DNA of 64,000 bases, from IMG/VR virus record IMGVR_UViG_3300046323_000234. One strand, written 5' to 3'. Within the stretch, counting starts at the first letter, position 1. Every line of letters starts with the position of its first letter. This DNA comes from a virus. The notes below the pieces were generated by a model, which saw nothing but the letters and a program-made list of their open reading frames with translations, searched no databases and had not been told where the DNA came from. The position numbers were made by a program, and so were the translations under genes. This document shows, piece by piece, positions 20,251 to 29,451 of this stretch.

Positions 20251-20287
20251 AAACCAATCCAATTCGCTACTGGATTGGTTTTTTTTT
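20251..20287 (+). terminator. intrinsic terminator
   Basis: AAACCAATCCA-loop-TGGATTGGTTT with U tract. Confidence 0.85.
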
Positions 20288-20316
20288 GTTAATTATATTT
20301 TTTTGGATTAGATTTA
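20285..20316 (+). promoter_or_regulatory. Bacteroidota-type sigma70 promoter for the SNF2/polB operon
   Basis: TTTG-N20-TAGATTTA (one mismatch to TAnnTTTG). Confidence 0.5.
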
Positions 20317-20332
20317 CATTTTATATTAAAAA

Positions 20333-22099
20333 ATGTTTACAGTAGAAGTGGAACGTATCCCAAAAAAACAGTCATTCATATTAAAATTTAATTATAATAT
20401 TGGATTGGTTGAAACCATAAAGGCTACCAAGAAAGAAGGTAGAAAATATAATGATGTCCAAAAAAATTGGATATTAACTGTAAGTAATTTATATGATGTT
20501 ATATCTCACTATATAAAATCTGATAAAATATTTTTTAATTTTATTAATGAAGATGATAGGGCATTCTTTAAGAAACAGTTTTTAAGATTAAGAGCAAAAG
20601 AGGTTGAATTATTGGATAAAAAGAGAATAATTGAAGAAAGAAAAATAAAAGCTATTCAATTTAAGAAAACAATTGAGGTGAATTATTTACAATATTATGA
20701 TGAAGTCACAAAACACATAAAAGATAAATCATTTATACCATATCCACATCAGATTGCTGGTGTTAAGTTTCTTGAAGTTATAAAAAGTGGTGCATTATTG
20801 TTTGAAATGGGTTTGGGCAAGTCAATAGTGTCAATAATTCACACATTATCAATGGATTATAAAAAGATATTGGTTATAGTTCCAAACAATTTAAAGTTTA
20901 ATTATTTAAATGAAATTGAGAAATTCACCAATGAAAAGGCATATATAATAGGCATTAAATCTAATAAATATGATATTAGTGAGTGTAGATATATAATTGT
21001 TAACTATGATTTTTATTCAAGGTCTAGTGGATTAGAAACCAAACTAAAGAAATATGATTTATTAAATGGTGTAGAATGTTTAATATGTGATGAGGCACAT
21101 TATTTAAAGAATAGTGATTCAAATAGATATAGAAATGTAAAAAAGTATCATAAAGGTATTGAAAATAAGGTATTCTTAACTGGAACACCAGCACCATCTA
21201 GAATTAGAGAAATATATAATATGATGAATCTAATATCCGATATTGAATTTTCAAGTAAAGAAAAATTTTATACAGAATATTTGGATTTAGTGTATAATCC
21301 AGAAGAATATGGATGGGTTAGTAAATATAATGTTTTAGATAGTGTAGAAAGTGGTGAATTTGTAAATGAGTATGCTAAAGTATATGAGAAATTACAACCA
21401 TTTGTTTATAGAAAAACCAAAGAAGAGGTTTTAAAAGATTTACCAGATAAAGTATTTAATGATGTTATTATTGAATTATCTGATAAAGATTATAGGGAAT
21501 ATTCTAGTATAGCAAGACAAATAATGGCTGAAGGTAAACCAGAAATAGCTGTCAGAGTGGCACAAAAACAGTTTACTGCTAATTTCAAATCCAATCCAAT
21601 AATAGATTTGATTGAAATAATTGTAATGGAGAATGATAAAAAATTGGTTATTGTTGATCAATTTAAAGAACCATTACGGAATTTATATAATCAATATAAA
21701 GACATATCTGCATATTTTACTGGTGATAGTACATTAGAAGAAAGAAATGCTATTGTAAAAGACTTTCAAAATCCAAATGGTAAAATAAAAATTATATTTG
21801 GAATTGAAACTGTTATAAAAGAAGGATTAACTTTAACAGAAGCATCTGATATAGTGGTTTGTACATTATCAGATGTTCCAGGTACTTATGACCAAGTTGT
21901 AGATAGACTTCATAGGATTGGACAAAAATCATCGGTGAATGTTTATAATATTATATGTAGAGATACTGTTGATGAGAAAATAAATGATATGTTAAAAATG
22001 AAAAGAAAAGAAATTTCACTTGGAATCGATAATAAAATTAGCGACTATAAATCCAATGATATATCTTTGTCGGAAGTTATAACAATTAATAAAAAATAA
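20333..22099 (+). CDS. SNF2-family (SMARCAL1/HARP-like) helicase
   Basis: EMGLGKS, CDEAH, LTGTP, EGLTLT, QVVDRLHRIGQ. Confidence 0.92.
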   Translation: MFTVEVERIPKKQSFILKFNYNIGLVETIKATKKEGRKYNDVQKNWILTVSNLYDVISHYIKSDKIFFNFINEDDRAFFKKQFLRLRAKEVELLDKKRIIEERKIKAIQFKKTIEVNYLQYYDEVTKHIKDKSFIPYPHQIAGVKFLEVIKSGALLFEMGLGKSIVSIIHTLSMDYKKILVIVPNNLKFNYLNEIEKFTNEKAYIIGIKSNKYDISECRYIIVNYDFYSRSSGLETKLKKYDLLNGVECLICDEAHYLKNSDSNRYRNVKKYHKGIENKVFLTGTPAPSRIREIYNMMNLISDIEFSSKEKFYTEYLDLVYNPEEYGWVSKYNVLDSVESGEFVNEYAKVYEKLQPFVYRKTKEEVLKDLPDKVFNDVIIELSDKDYREYSSIARQIMAEGKPEIAVRVAQKQFTANFKSNPIIDLIEIIVMENDKKLVIVDQFKEPLRNLYNQYKDISAYFTGDSTLEERNAIVKDFQNPNGKIKIIFGIETVIKEGLTLTEASDIVVCTLSDVPGTYDQVVDRLHRIGQKSSVNVYNIICRDTVDEKINDMLKMKRKEISLGIDNKISDYKSNDISLSEVITINKK

Positions 22100-22100
22100 A

Positions 22101-25100
22101 ATGATTAGAAAAGAAGAACTAGCAGATGTACAAAAGTTTTTGGAAGGATCTTCTGATAAAAAATATATTGTTGCCATTGAAGGGTATTCATATTATAATT
22201 ATGTTGAATGTGTAATACATGATCCAGAGAAAGGTAAGTACATCGAGAAGATGGAATATAAACCATTTATATGGTTAAAAGATTTACCATCCAATGGTAT
22301 TAATATATATAAGGATAAGGAGAAAAGGCAAGAAGCTTTGGATAAGTATGGTTTAACTATAAAGAAGTTAAAGACTGGTACACAAAGAAGACTTGAACAA
22401 GGTTATAAATTTATTATACATAGCACCAAATCATTTAATGCAATAGTTTCATTCTTTAAAGATGAGAATATTGACATATATAGTGAACAATATAGAGATT
22501 TATTCTTTGCAGTAAAGCCAGAAGAACAATTCATGATTCAAAATGGAATTAGATTGTTTAAAGGTTATGAAAAATATAATGAAGTATATAAATTAACATT
22601 CGATATTGAAACCACTGGTCTTTTACCAGAGAACAGTAGGGTTTTTATGATTGGTATTAAAGATAATAAAGGATTTGAACACGTTTGTAAAATAAAAAAA
22701 CCAAACGATGATGATGAAGAGAGAAAGATTATAAAACAATTCTTTTATGTATATAATAAATTAAAACCAGCCATTATAACCACTTATAATGGTGAAAACT
22801 TTGATTTTGAATTTATATTTAAAAGATGTGAACTTTTAGGATTGGATTATATTAATGATATAACAACCACGTTAAATCCAAACAAATCCATTAGGAGAAA
22901 AGAGAATGCAACTGTTAAATATGGTAATGAAACTGGACATTATACCCAAACAATTGCTTGGGGGTATAATATCATTGATACAATACATGCCGCAAAGAAA
23001 ACAGCAGCCATTAACAAAGAGATTAAAAATGTTAAATTAAAATATTTATGTCAATTTGAAGATATTGCCAAACCAAACCGAATGTATATCAATGATGGTG
23101 GTAATATCTTTAAATATTGGATTAATAATAAATATTTTTTGATTAATACATCGAATAATAATTATCTACAAATACCAGATGATTTACAAGATATTGTTAA
23201 AGAATGTATAAATAATGGCACAAATCCATTAGAACATATTGATATTAAATCAATAATTGATAATAGTGAAGAAAAATATAATTCAATAATAACAGGTTCT
23301 GAAATTGTTGATAGATATTTATTGGACGATTTGTGGGAAACTGAAATGTTGGATAACCAATATAATGAATCATCTTTTCTATTGGCCAAACTAATACCAA
23401 CAACCTTTTCCAGAGTATGTACAATGGGAACTGCTGCTGTATGGAATTTAATTATGTCGGAATGGTCATATATTAACGATATAGCGATTCCAATACCTGA
23501 CGTGGGTGGTAAGAGCAAGAATGAAAAATACGTTGCCATAAGCGAAGAAAGTGGGCAAGAAGATGGTGAAGAAGTTGAGGTTGATGAATTTGCTGTACCA
23601 GCTAGAGAAGAAAGTGATAGTTTTGATAAAATATCGGGTGGATTGGCAAGGGCTTATAGGATTGGATATGCTGAATCAATCCTAAAACTTGACTTTGCAT
23701 CTCTATATCCATCAATCCAATTAACACATGGTGTATTTCCAAATATCGATATAACCAATCAATTAAAGAAGATTCTTTTATATTTGAAAATAACCAGAGA
23801 TGAATATAAATATTTATCAAATGATACTTCATTGGATGACATTTCAAGACAGTTTTATAAAACAAAACAGTTACCAATTAAAATATTAAACAACTCACTA
23901 TTTGGTGCGTTGGGTTCTGGTGTGGCATTTAGATGGTCAGATAATGATGTTGCATATAGAATTACAACTACTGGTAGAGTTTATTTAAGACAATTAATAG
24001 ATTGGTTTTATAAAAGACAATTCTTGCCTTTACTTGCAGTAACCGATGGTGTTAACTTTTCAATTCCATCAATGGTGGATATTGATATAAATCTAAACAA
24101 ATTGGATAAAATGATACCAATCAATGATATTATTTATATTGATAAAAATGGTAAAGAACATAAAGGTGTTAATGCATATGTTGAAAAATATAACACTGAA
24201 GTTATGAATGGTGATTTCATGAAAATTGATCACGATGGTGAATGGAAGTCAACACTAATCCTATCAAGAATTAACTATGCCAATTTAACATATGAAAGTA
24301 TCGATAAGAAAAGTGGAAAAGTAAAACCACCAAAGATTAAGCTTACTGGTAATACAATCAAATCCAATACCATGCCTGAATATATTGAAGATTATATTAA
24401 TGTGGCTATGAAGCATATTTTGGAAAATAAGCCAGATTTATTTATTGAGCATTATTATGAATATCTTGCAAAGATATATTACATGCAAATCCCATTAAAA
24501 AAGATTGCAAATAAGGGTAGGGTTAAGATGAGTATTAAATCTTATAAGAATAGAGGTTTAAATAAAAACGGTAAAGAGAAGGGAAAACAAGCCCATATGG
24601 AATTATTAATAAATGCTAATATACCATATGAAGTTGGTGATTTAATATATTATGTTAATACTGGAACTGTAAAATCACACGGAGATTCGAAAATCATCAA
24701 AGATAAAGTAACCAAAGAACTTAGAATGGCATCTGAAATGATTGATGGTAAACAATTGGAGCAAAATCCAACTATGTTAGGTAAATACAATATTGCAAAA
24801 TATATTGATAATTTTAATAAGAGGGTTGAAAAGATTTTGGTTGGATTTAGTGAAAATGTTAGAAATACACTATTAAAATCAGATCCTACATTAAGAGAAT
24901 ATTATACCGATTTGGATTTGAAGTTATATTGCCATGAAAAGGATAATATTGAAGAATCTATGTTCTTGGAACAAAAAGAAATTGAATTTTGGCAAAAAAC
25001 TGGATTTAATCCATATCTAATAACCGATGTCTTTAAATTACCAGAGGGTGTTGATTTGATGTATAATGAATATGCTAAAGTAATTAATTATATTAATAAT

Positions 25101-25265
25101 AAACTTCAACCAATGGGTAAAGTGGCTGTGGATGTAAATTCAGATCCAATAGAAGATAATTTTATGGTTATAAAAAAAGGAAATGATTATGAAATCCATT
25201 TATATAAAGAAGGATATCTTAGAAAAGTAAAACAAATTAATACTGAACCAATATTTGCAGACTAA
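22101..25265 (+). CDS. family B DNA polymerase
   Basis: ExoI FDIET, ExoII YNGENFD, ExoIII YLLDD, motif A DFASLYPS, motif B KILNNSLFG, motif C VTDG. Confidence 0.93.
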   Translation: MIRKEELADVQKFLEGSSDKKYIVAIEGYSYYNYVECVIHDPEKGKYIEKMEYKPFIWLKDLPSNGINIYKDKEKRQEALDKYGLTIKKLKTGTQRRLEQGYKFIIHSTKSFNAIVSFFKDENIDIYSEQYRDLFFAVKPEEQFMIQNGIRLFKGYEKYNEVYKLTFDIETTGLLPENSRVFMIGIKDNKGFEHVCKIKKPNDDDEERKIIKQFFYVYNKLKPAIITTYNGENFDFEFIFKRCELLGLDYINDITTTLNPNKSIRRKENATVKYGNETGHYTQTIAWGYNIIDTIHAAKKTAAINKEIKNVKLKYLCQFEDIAKPNRMYINDGGNIFKYWINNKYFLINTSNNNYLQIPDDLQDIVKECINNGTNPLEHIDIKSIIDNSEEKYNSIITGSEIVDRYLLDDLWETEMLDNQYNESSFLLAKLIPTTFSRVCTMGTAAVWNLIMSEWSYINDIAIPIPDVGGKSKNEKYVAISEESGQEDGEEVEVDEFAVPAREESDSFDKISGGLARAYRIGYAESILKLDFASLYPSIQLTHGVFPNIDITNQLKKILLYLKITRDEYKYLSNDTSLDDISRQFYKTKQLPIKILNNSLFGALGSGVAFRWSDNDVAYRITTTGRVYLRQLIDWFYKRQFLPLLAVTDGVNFSIPSMVDIDINLNKLDKMIPINDIIYIDKNGKEHKGVNAYVEKYNTEVMNGDFMKIDHDGEWKSTLILSRINYANLTYESIDKKSGKVKPPKIKLTGNTIKSNTMPEYIEDYINVAMKHILENKPDLFIEHYYEYLAKIYYMQIPLKKIANKGRVKMSIKSYKNRGLNKNGKEKGKQAHMELLINANIPYEVGDLIYYVNTGTVKSHGDSKIIKDKVTKELRMASEMIDGKQLEQNPTMLGKYNIAKYIDNFNKRVEKILVGFSENVRNTLLKSDPTLREYYTDLDLKLYCHEKDNIEESMFLEQKEIEFWQKTGFNPYLITDVFKLPEGVDLMYNEYAKVINYINNKLQPMGKVAVDVNSDPIEDNFMVIKKGNDYEIHLYKEGYLRKVKQINTEPIFAD

Positions 25266-25708
25266 TGCTTTGTGGTTATATAAATCAAATATATGATATA
25301 ATTCACCAATCATTAATTGATGATGAATTTTCATATTCAGAAAAAATAAAATCGGATATGGATGATTTATTAAACTCACTTAAAGTTGTTGTAGTTCCAG
25401 AATATCCGAGTTCAATATTTTACGTAAACGATAAAGATGTTGTTTTTGAATATGAACATAAAATTAATTTCAATTTTAGATCAGTTTGGGGCAATGATAT
25501 TATATTATTTAATTCACCAGACAGTCCATTAGGCTTTTTATTAGATAATAATAAATCCAATTCTGTTATATATAGAGTTTTGGAAAAAATTATTCGGAGA
25601 ATGGAATTCCAAGAATTTGATATGCTAGTTGTTAATAGGATTGATTATATTGAAATGGATAGATCATGGGAATTTATTAAATCAAAATTAGCAAACAATT
25701 CACTTTAA
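25265..25708 (+). CDS. paralogous small protein, family A (MLCxYINxIY...DEF)
   Basis: N-terminus MLCGYINQIYDIIHQSLIDDEFSY shared with 39080, 39628, 40604, 60808. Confidence 0.7.
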   Translation: MLCGYINQIYDIIHQSLIDDEFSYSEKIKSDMDDLLNSLKVVVVPEYPSSIFYVNDKDVVFEYEHKINFNFRSVWGNDIILFNSPDSPLGFLLDNNKSNSVIYRVLEKIIRRMEFQEFDMLVVNRIDYIEMDRSWEFIKSKLANNSL

Positions 25709-25741
25709 CAATATAAACTATTTATAAGTAAAGTTATAAAA

Positions 25742-26392
25742 ATGCGAATCAAAGAAGTTTTAGATAAGAATTTAAATTTGTCAGTTGACAACGATAAACC
25801 AGTAGCTGGTGATAATTTGGAGACAATGGCTGATAAAACAACTGATTATAATGTTGGTGTTGGTAGACAAAATTATAATGATAATTTTATTGGTCAGTTT
25901 GGATCATATTTCTTTGAAGATGATAGTGATAAACATTCCACAAAACTAATAGACGTTTTTGCAAAGCAACAATTTGAAAGATATAAAGAAATATTAAACT
26001 ATTTTATTAAAAATATTTCAAAAGAAAATATATTGGAGTGGAAGAAAACAGCATCTAAATCATTTGATAGTTTATCCGATAAAGAAAAAGAATCTGATTA
26101 TAAATGGGCAAATAAAAATGTTGAAGCTTTAATGAAATATCTTAAAGAACAACATGATGGGATTGAAGAGAAGAAAATGAATGAGGATATTGTCACTAAA
26201 AATGATAATGATTTAATCTTAAAAGATAAAATAAAATTAACATTATCTGATATAAAAAATGATAAGGTTAGAGACTCTGTTAAAAAGCTTATTAATACAA
26301 TCAGAAAAGAAGGTAATGGTATCGATGTTAACCAAATCAAAGATATTATTGCCAATATAAATGATGTTGTTGAATCCAAAATGAACAAATAA
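25742..26392 (+). CDS. hypothetical late protein, possible internal head protein
   Basis: Late motif at 25716; charged and helical. Confidence 0.55.
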   Translation: MRIKEVLDKNLNLSVDNDKPVAGDNLETMADKTTDYNVGVGRQNYNDNFIGQFGSYFFEDDSDKHSTKLIDVFAKQQFERYKEILNYFIKNISKENILEWKKTASKSFDSLSDKEKESDYKWANKNVEALMKYLKEQHDGIEEKKMNEDIVTKNDNDLILKDKIKLTLSDIKNDKVRDSVKKLINTIRKEGNGIDVNQIKDIIANINDVVESKMNK

Positions 26393-26394
26393 TA

Positions 26395-27198
26395 ATGAAC
26401 AAGGATCTTTATAACAATACATATTCAGTGCCAGATCATGTTCTAAAGAATATTGAATTGGCAATAAATCATCATAAACCATCTGAAGACCATGCTGGAT
26501 ATGAGAGGGGAAGTAATACACTAAAAGAAAAAACTTTAACATATCAAAACCTAAAGAGATTAAAAAATTATTTTGATAATATAGATAAAGAGGGTTTTGA
26601 TCAAATAGAATTTGATTTGAATGGCGGTGAGAATATGAAGAATTTTATAAATGATACATTATCAACAGAAAGAAATAAAGTTAAAACAAGTAAAGAGAAT
26701 AAATCCGATTATGCTCAAATGGATAATCAGTTTAGAAAAACACACACTAAAGATGGTGTGAATGAAGATTTTAATATTGGTAAAATTGTTGAAAAAATTG
26801 TAATGGAAAAAATGGATGAGGTTAAAAGGGTATCTATTGCTATTATTATTGATAATAACGATAAATATTTTTTGGCGCAAAGAGAACCAAACGATGACTG
26901 GATGCCAAGTAAGTGGGCTTTTGTCGGTGGAACTGGTGAACCAAATGAAACACCAGAACAAACACTATATAGAGAACTTAAAGAAGAAATATCTGTCACA
27001 CCTAAATGGTTTGAAAAGAAAGATGCATTCCATAATCGAGAAACCAATACAATCGAAACGTTGTTCTTGGTTAAACTAAATGAAGGATATATTAAACTTG
27101 ATTATGAACATACAAATTTCGGTTGGTTTACAATAAAAGAAATACACCAATTAGATACTGTACCAAAGATTTTGGATTATATTTTAAAAACTAAGTAA
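26395..27198 (+). CDS. two-domain protein with C-terminal NUDIX hydrolase
   Basis: Nudix box GGTGEPNETPEQTLYRELKEE; EH..FGW. Confidence 0.85.
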   Translation: MNKDLYNNTYSVPDHVLKNIELAINHHKPSEDHAGYERGSNTLKEKTLTYQNLKRLKNYFDNIDKEGFDQIEFDLNGGENMKNFINDTLSTERNKVKTSKENKSDYAQMDNQFRKTHTKDGVNEDFNIGKIVEKIVMEKMDEVKRVSIAIIIDNNDKYFLAQREPNDDWMPSKWAFVGGTGEPNETPEQTLYRELKEEISVTPKWFEKKDAFHNRETNTIETLFLVKLNEGYIKLDYEHTNFGWFTIKEIHQLDTVPKILDYILKTK

Positions 27199-27205
27199 TA
27201 CCATT

Positions 27206-27715
27206 ATGAATATTAAAAATATTATTAATGAAGAACTTGGTAAGTTAAATATTGAATGCCCACTATTTGATTTAAATGATGAAGTTATTAATTATATTAA
27301 AAAGTTTAAATCAGATGAGGATTTATTAAGATCTGGTGGTTTACCAATCCAAATATTGGATAGATTGGCTTATGGTTTTTCAAGCGATGATATTAAAACA
27401 TTAAATCCAAACCAATTATCAATTAAATGGAAAGAGGATTGGAGTGGTATTAAGTATGAACAACAAAAATCTGGATTATCGCCATTGGATTGGTCAAAGA
27501 AAATAAATCTATCAGAACCAATCCAAGTATCATATCAAAACGGAAAATTTTATGTTGAAGATGGTCACCATAGAACATACGCTGCAAAAATATTGAAGAA
27601 ACCATTAAATGTGGAATTGGAAATTAAAGATAATCCAATAAATAAATTAACTAATGAAAAACTTGGTTACGATGAATTTCATAGGTGCTTATTCAAACAA
27701 GTTATAAATAATTAA
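27206..27715 (+). CDS. ParB/sulfiredoxin-like domain protein
   Basis: PIQV...FYVEDGHHRTYAA; leader MNIKNIINEE. Confidence 0.75.
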   Translation: MNIKNIINEELGKLNIECPLFDLNDEVINYIKKFKSDEDLLRSGGLPIQILDRLAYGFSSDDIKTLNPNQLSIKWKEDWSGIKYEQQKSGLSPLDWSKKINLSEPIQVSYQNGKFYVEDGHHRTYAAKILKKPLNVELEIKDNPINKLTNEKLGYDEFHRCLFKQVINN

Positions 27716-27737
27716 CTATTTATAATAAATAACTAAT

Positions 27738-27977
27738 ATGGCAGGTTTACAAACAACACAAAAACAATTTAGAGATGCATTAGTGGCAAAAAATACATAT
27801 TCAACATCTGATGAATATAATGTAGGCCATGAAAATGCACTATCAACTGGTGATGAACTAGGTAAAGGCGAAACTAATTCGATTGGTTCAGCAACAGATA
27901 TTGCAAAAAGAAATACTCTAATTTCAAAAAATAAGTTCTCAAAATCTAGAGAATACGGAATTCAAGATACTTTATAA
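27738..27977 (+). CDS. small late hypothetical protein
   Basis: Late motif at 27714; internal repeat R..L..KN.(Y/F)S...EY. Confidence 0.6.
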   Translation: MAGLQTTQKQFRDALVAKNTYSTSDEYNVGHENALSTGDELGKGETNSIGSATDIAKRNTLISKNKFSKSREYGIQDTL

Positions 27978-27982
27978 TATTA

Positions 27983-28762
27983 ATGGATTTAAATGTTGAC
28001 TCAATTTATAAAGTTTTATTAACTGAGGCAATAGAAAAGGGTAAGGTAATTGACGCTATAAAGACAAATACCGAAGTTACTATTTTCTATGCTGGTGATA
28101 GAACTATTAATAAAGGTTATAGAGTTATACAACCATTCTGTTTTGGTGTAAACCAAAATGGTAATCCATGCATTAGAGCTTGGCAAAGAACTGGTACGTC
28201 TGATACACCAAATGGGAAACCAAATGATGATTTAAGTAGAATGCCAGGATGGAGAATGTTTAGATTGGATGGTATTTCAACATTCAATAAAACATCTAAT
28301 AAGTTTGATATATCAAAAAGTAGATTGGATTCAATAAGTTATAATCCAGATGATAAAGATATGGCAACGATTTACGCTGCTGTAAGTGCATCAATTGGCG
28401 GTAATGAGCCATCTGCACAGCAACCAACAAATAAGCCAGTAGCACCACAGAATAAGCCTAATCAGCCATCATTTAAACCATTGTTTAATAAAGATGGTAA
28501 TAACGCTAATCAACCAGCTACACAGCAAGGAGATAACCAATCCAATAATACCAATCCAAATACAGCTAATAAGGTTGATAATAATCCAAAAGCTGATTCA
28601 TCAAATAATACTGGTCAATCAAATATGGATAATAAAGTGGATAATAAACCAAATAATAATCAGTCAAATCCAGATAGTAATCAGACTAGTCCAAATACTG
28701 GTATTGGTGGTGGATTTTTCAAGAATTTAAAAGATACTTGGAAAAGATTCTTCAAAGAATAA
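27983..28762 (+). CDS. stand-alone WYL-domain protein with N/Q/P-rich tail
   Basis: VTIFY...RVIQPFCFG...RAW...WRMFRLDGI. Confidence 0.75.
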   Translation: MDLNVDSIYKVLLTEAIEKGKVIDAIKTNTEVTIFYAGDRTINKGYRVIQPFCFGVNQNGNPCIRAWQRTGTSDTPNGKPNDDLSRMPGWRMFRLDGISTFNKTSNKFDISKSRLDSISYNPDDKDMATIYAAVSASIGGNEPSAQQPTNKPVAPQNKPNQPSFKPLFNKDGNNANQPATQQGDNQSNNTNPNTANKVDNNPKADSSNNTGQSNMDNKVDNKPNNNQSNPDSNQTSPNTGIGGGFFKNLKDTWKRFFKE

Positions 28763-28816
28763 TTTTTTTTTCTATAAAAACAACTATTTATAAAAAACAA
28801 TAAAATTTTATAAATT

Positions 28817-29422
28817 ATGGATTTATCACAATATATGGATCAGAGAAAAAGGGAATTGGCCGAAAACCCTGTACCAACACAAGGTGCGATGAATGAAATG
28901 GTTAGTGGAGCATATGTTCCAGATGATATTAAAATAAAGGCAATGGCTGCATTAGCAAATAAGGTTAAATCAGTTATGATTGCCGTTGATGAAAAGAAAG
29001 GTGTAGCACCATCAGCAACACCAATGCAAGCACCATCATCCGAATCAACATTTGGCGCACCATTAAATAGACCAATAGGAAAACAGTTATTAACTGAAAT
29101 GCCAGAACGTGAGGATGCGTTTGAAGCTGCAATGATGAAAAGAACCAATGCTGCTGTAAATGCTAAACAAACACAACAATATTCTGCACCAGTTAATCCA
29201 ATCCAAGAATATGCTAATCAAATAATGCAAAAACAAAGTCCTTCACTTGATCATAATATGATAAATGAGATAATTGATAAGAGATTTTTAAACATGTCGG
29301 ATTTGATTAAAGAAGTTGCTAAAGAAACATTGAAAGATGTGATAGTTGATATGTATGTAGAAGAAAAAATCAGAAGTGTGGTAAAAGATTATCTAATTAC
29401 ATTGCAGAAATCAAAAAAATAA
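28817..29422 (+). CDS. late hypothetical protein
   Basis: Late motif at 28782; low-complexity middle region. Confidence 0.55.
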   Translation: MDLSQYMDQRKRELAENPVPTQGAMNEMVSGAYVPDDIKIKAMAALANKVKSVMIAVDEKKGVAPSATPMQAPSSESTFGAPLNRPIGKQLLTEMPEREDAFEAAMMKRTNAAVNAKQTQQYSAPVNPIQEYANQIMQKQSPSLDHNMINEIIDKRFLNMSDLIKEVAKETLKDVIVDMYVEEKIRSVVKDYLITLQKSKK

Positions 29423-29451
29423 AAACTATTTATATTTATAAAATAGTATAG

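Noticed and set aside
22101-25265. Intein in PolB, helicases or NrdA
   Set aside because: No C/S...HN splice motifs or LAGLIDADG blocks; insertions are short
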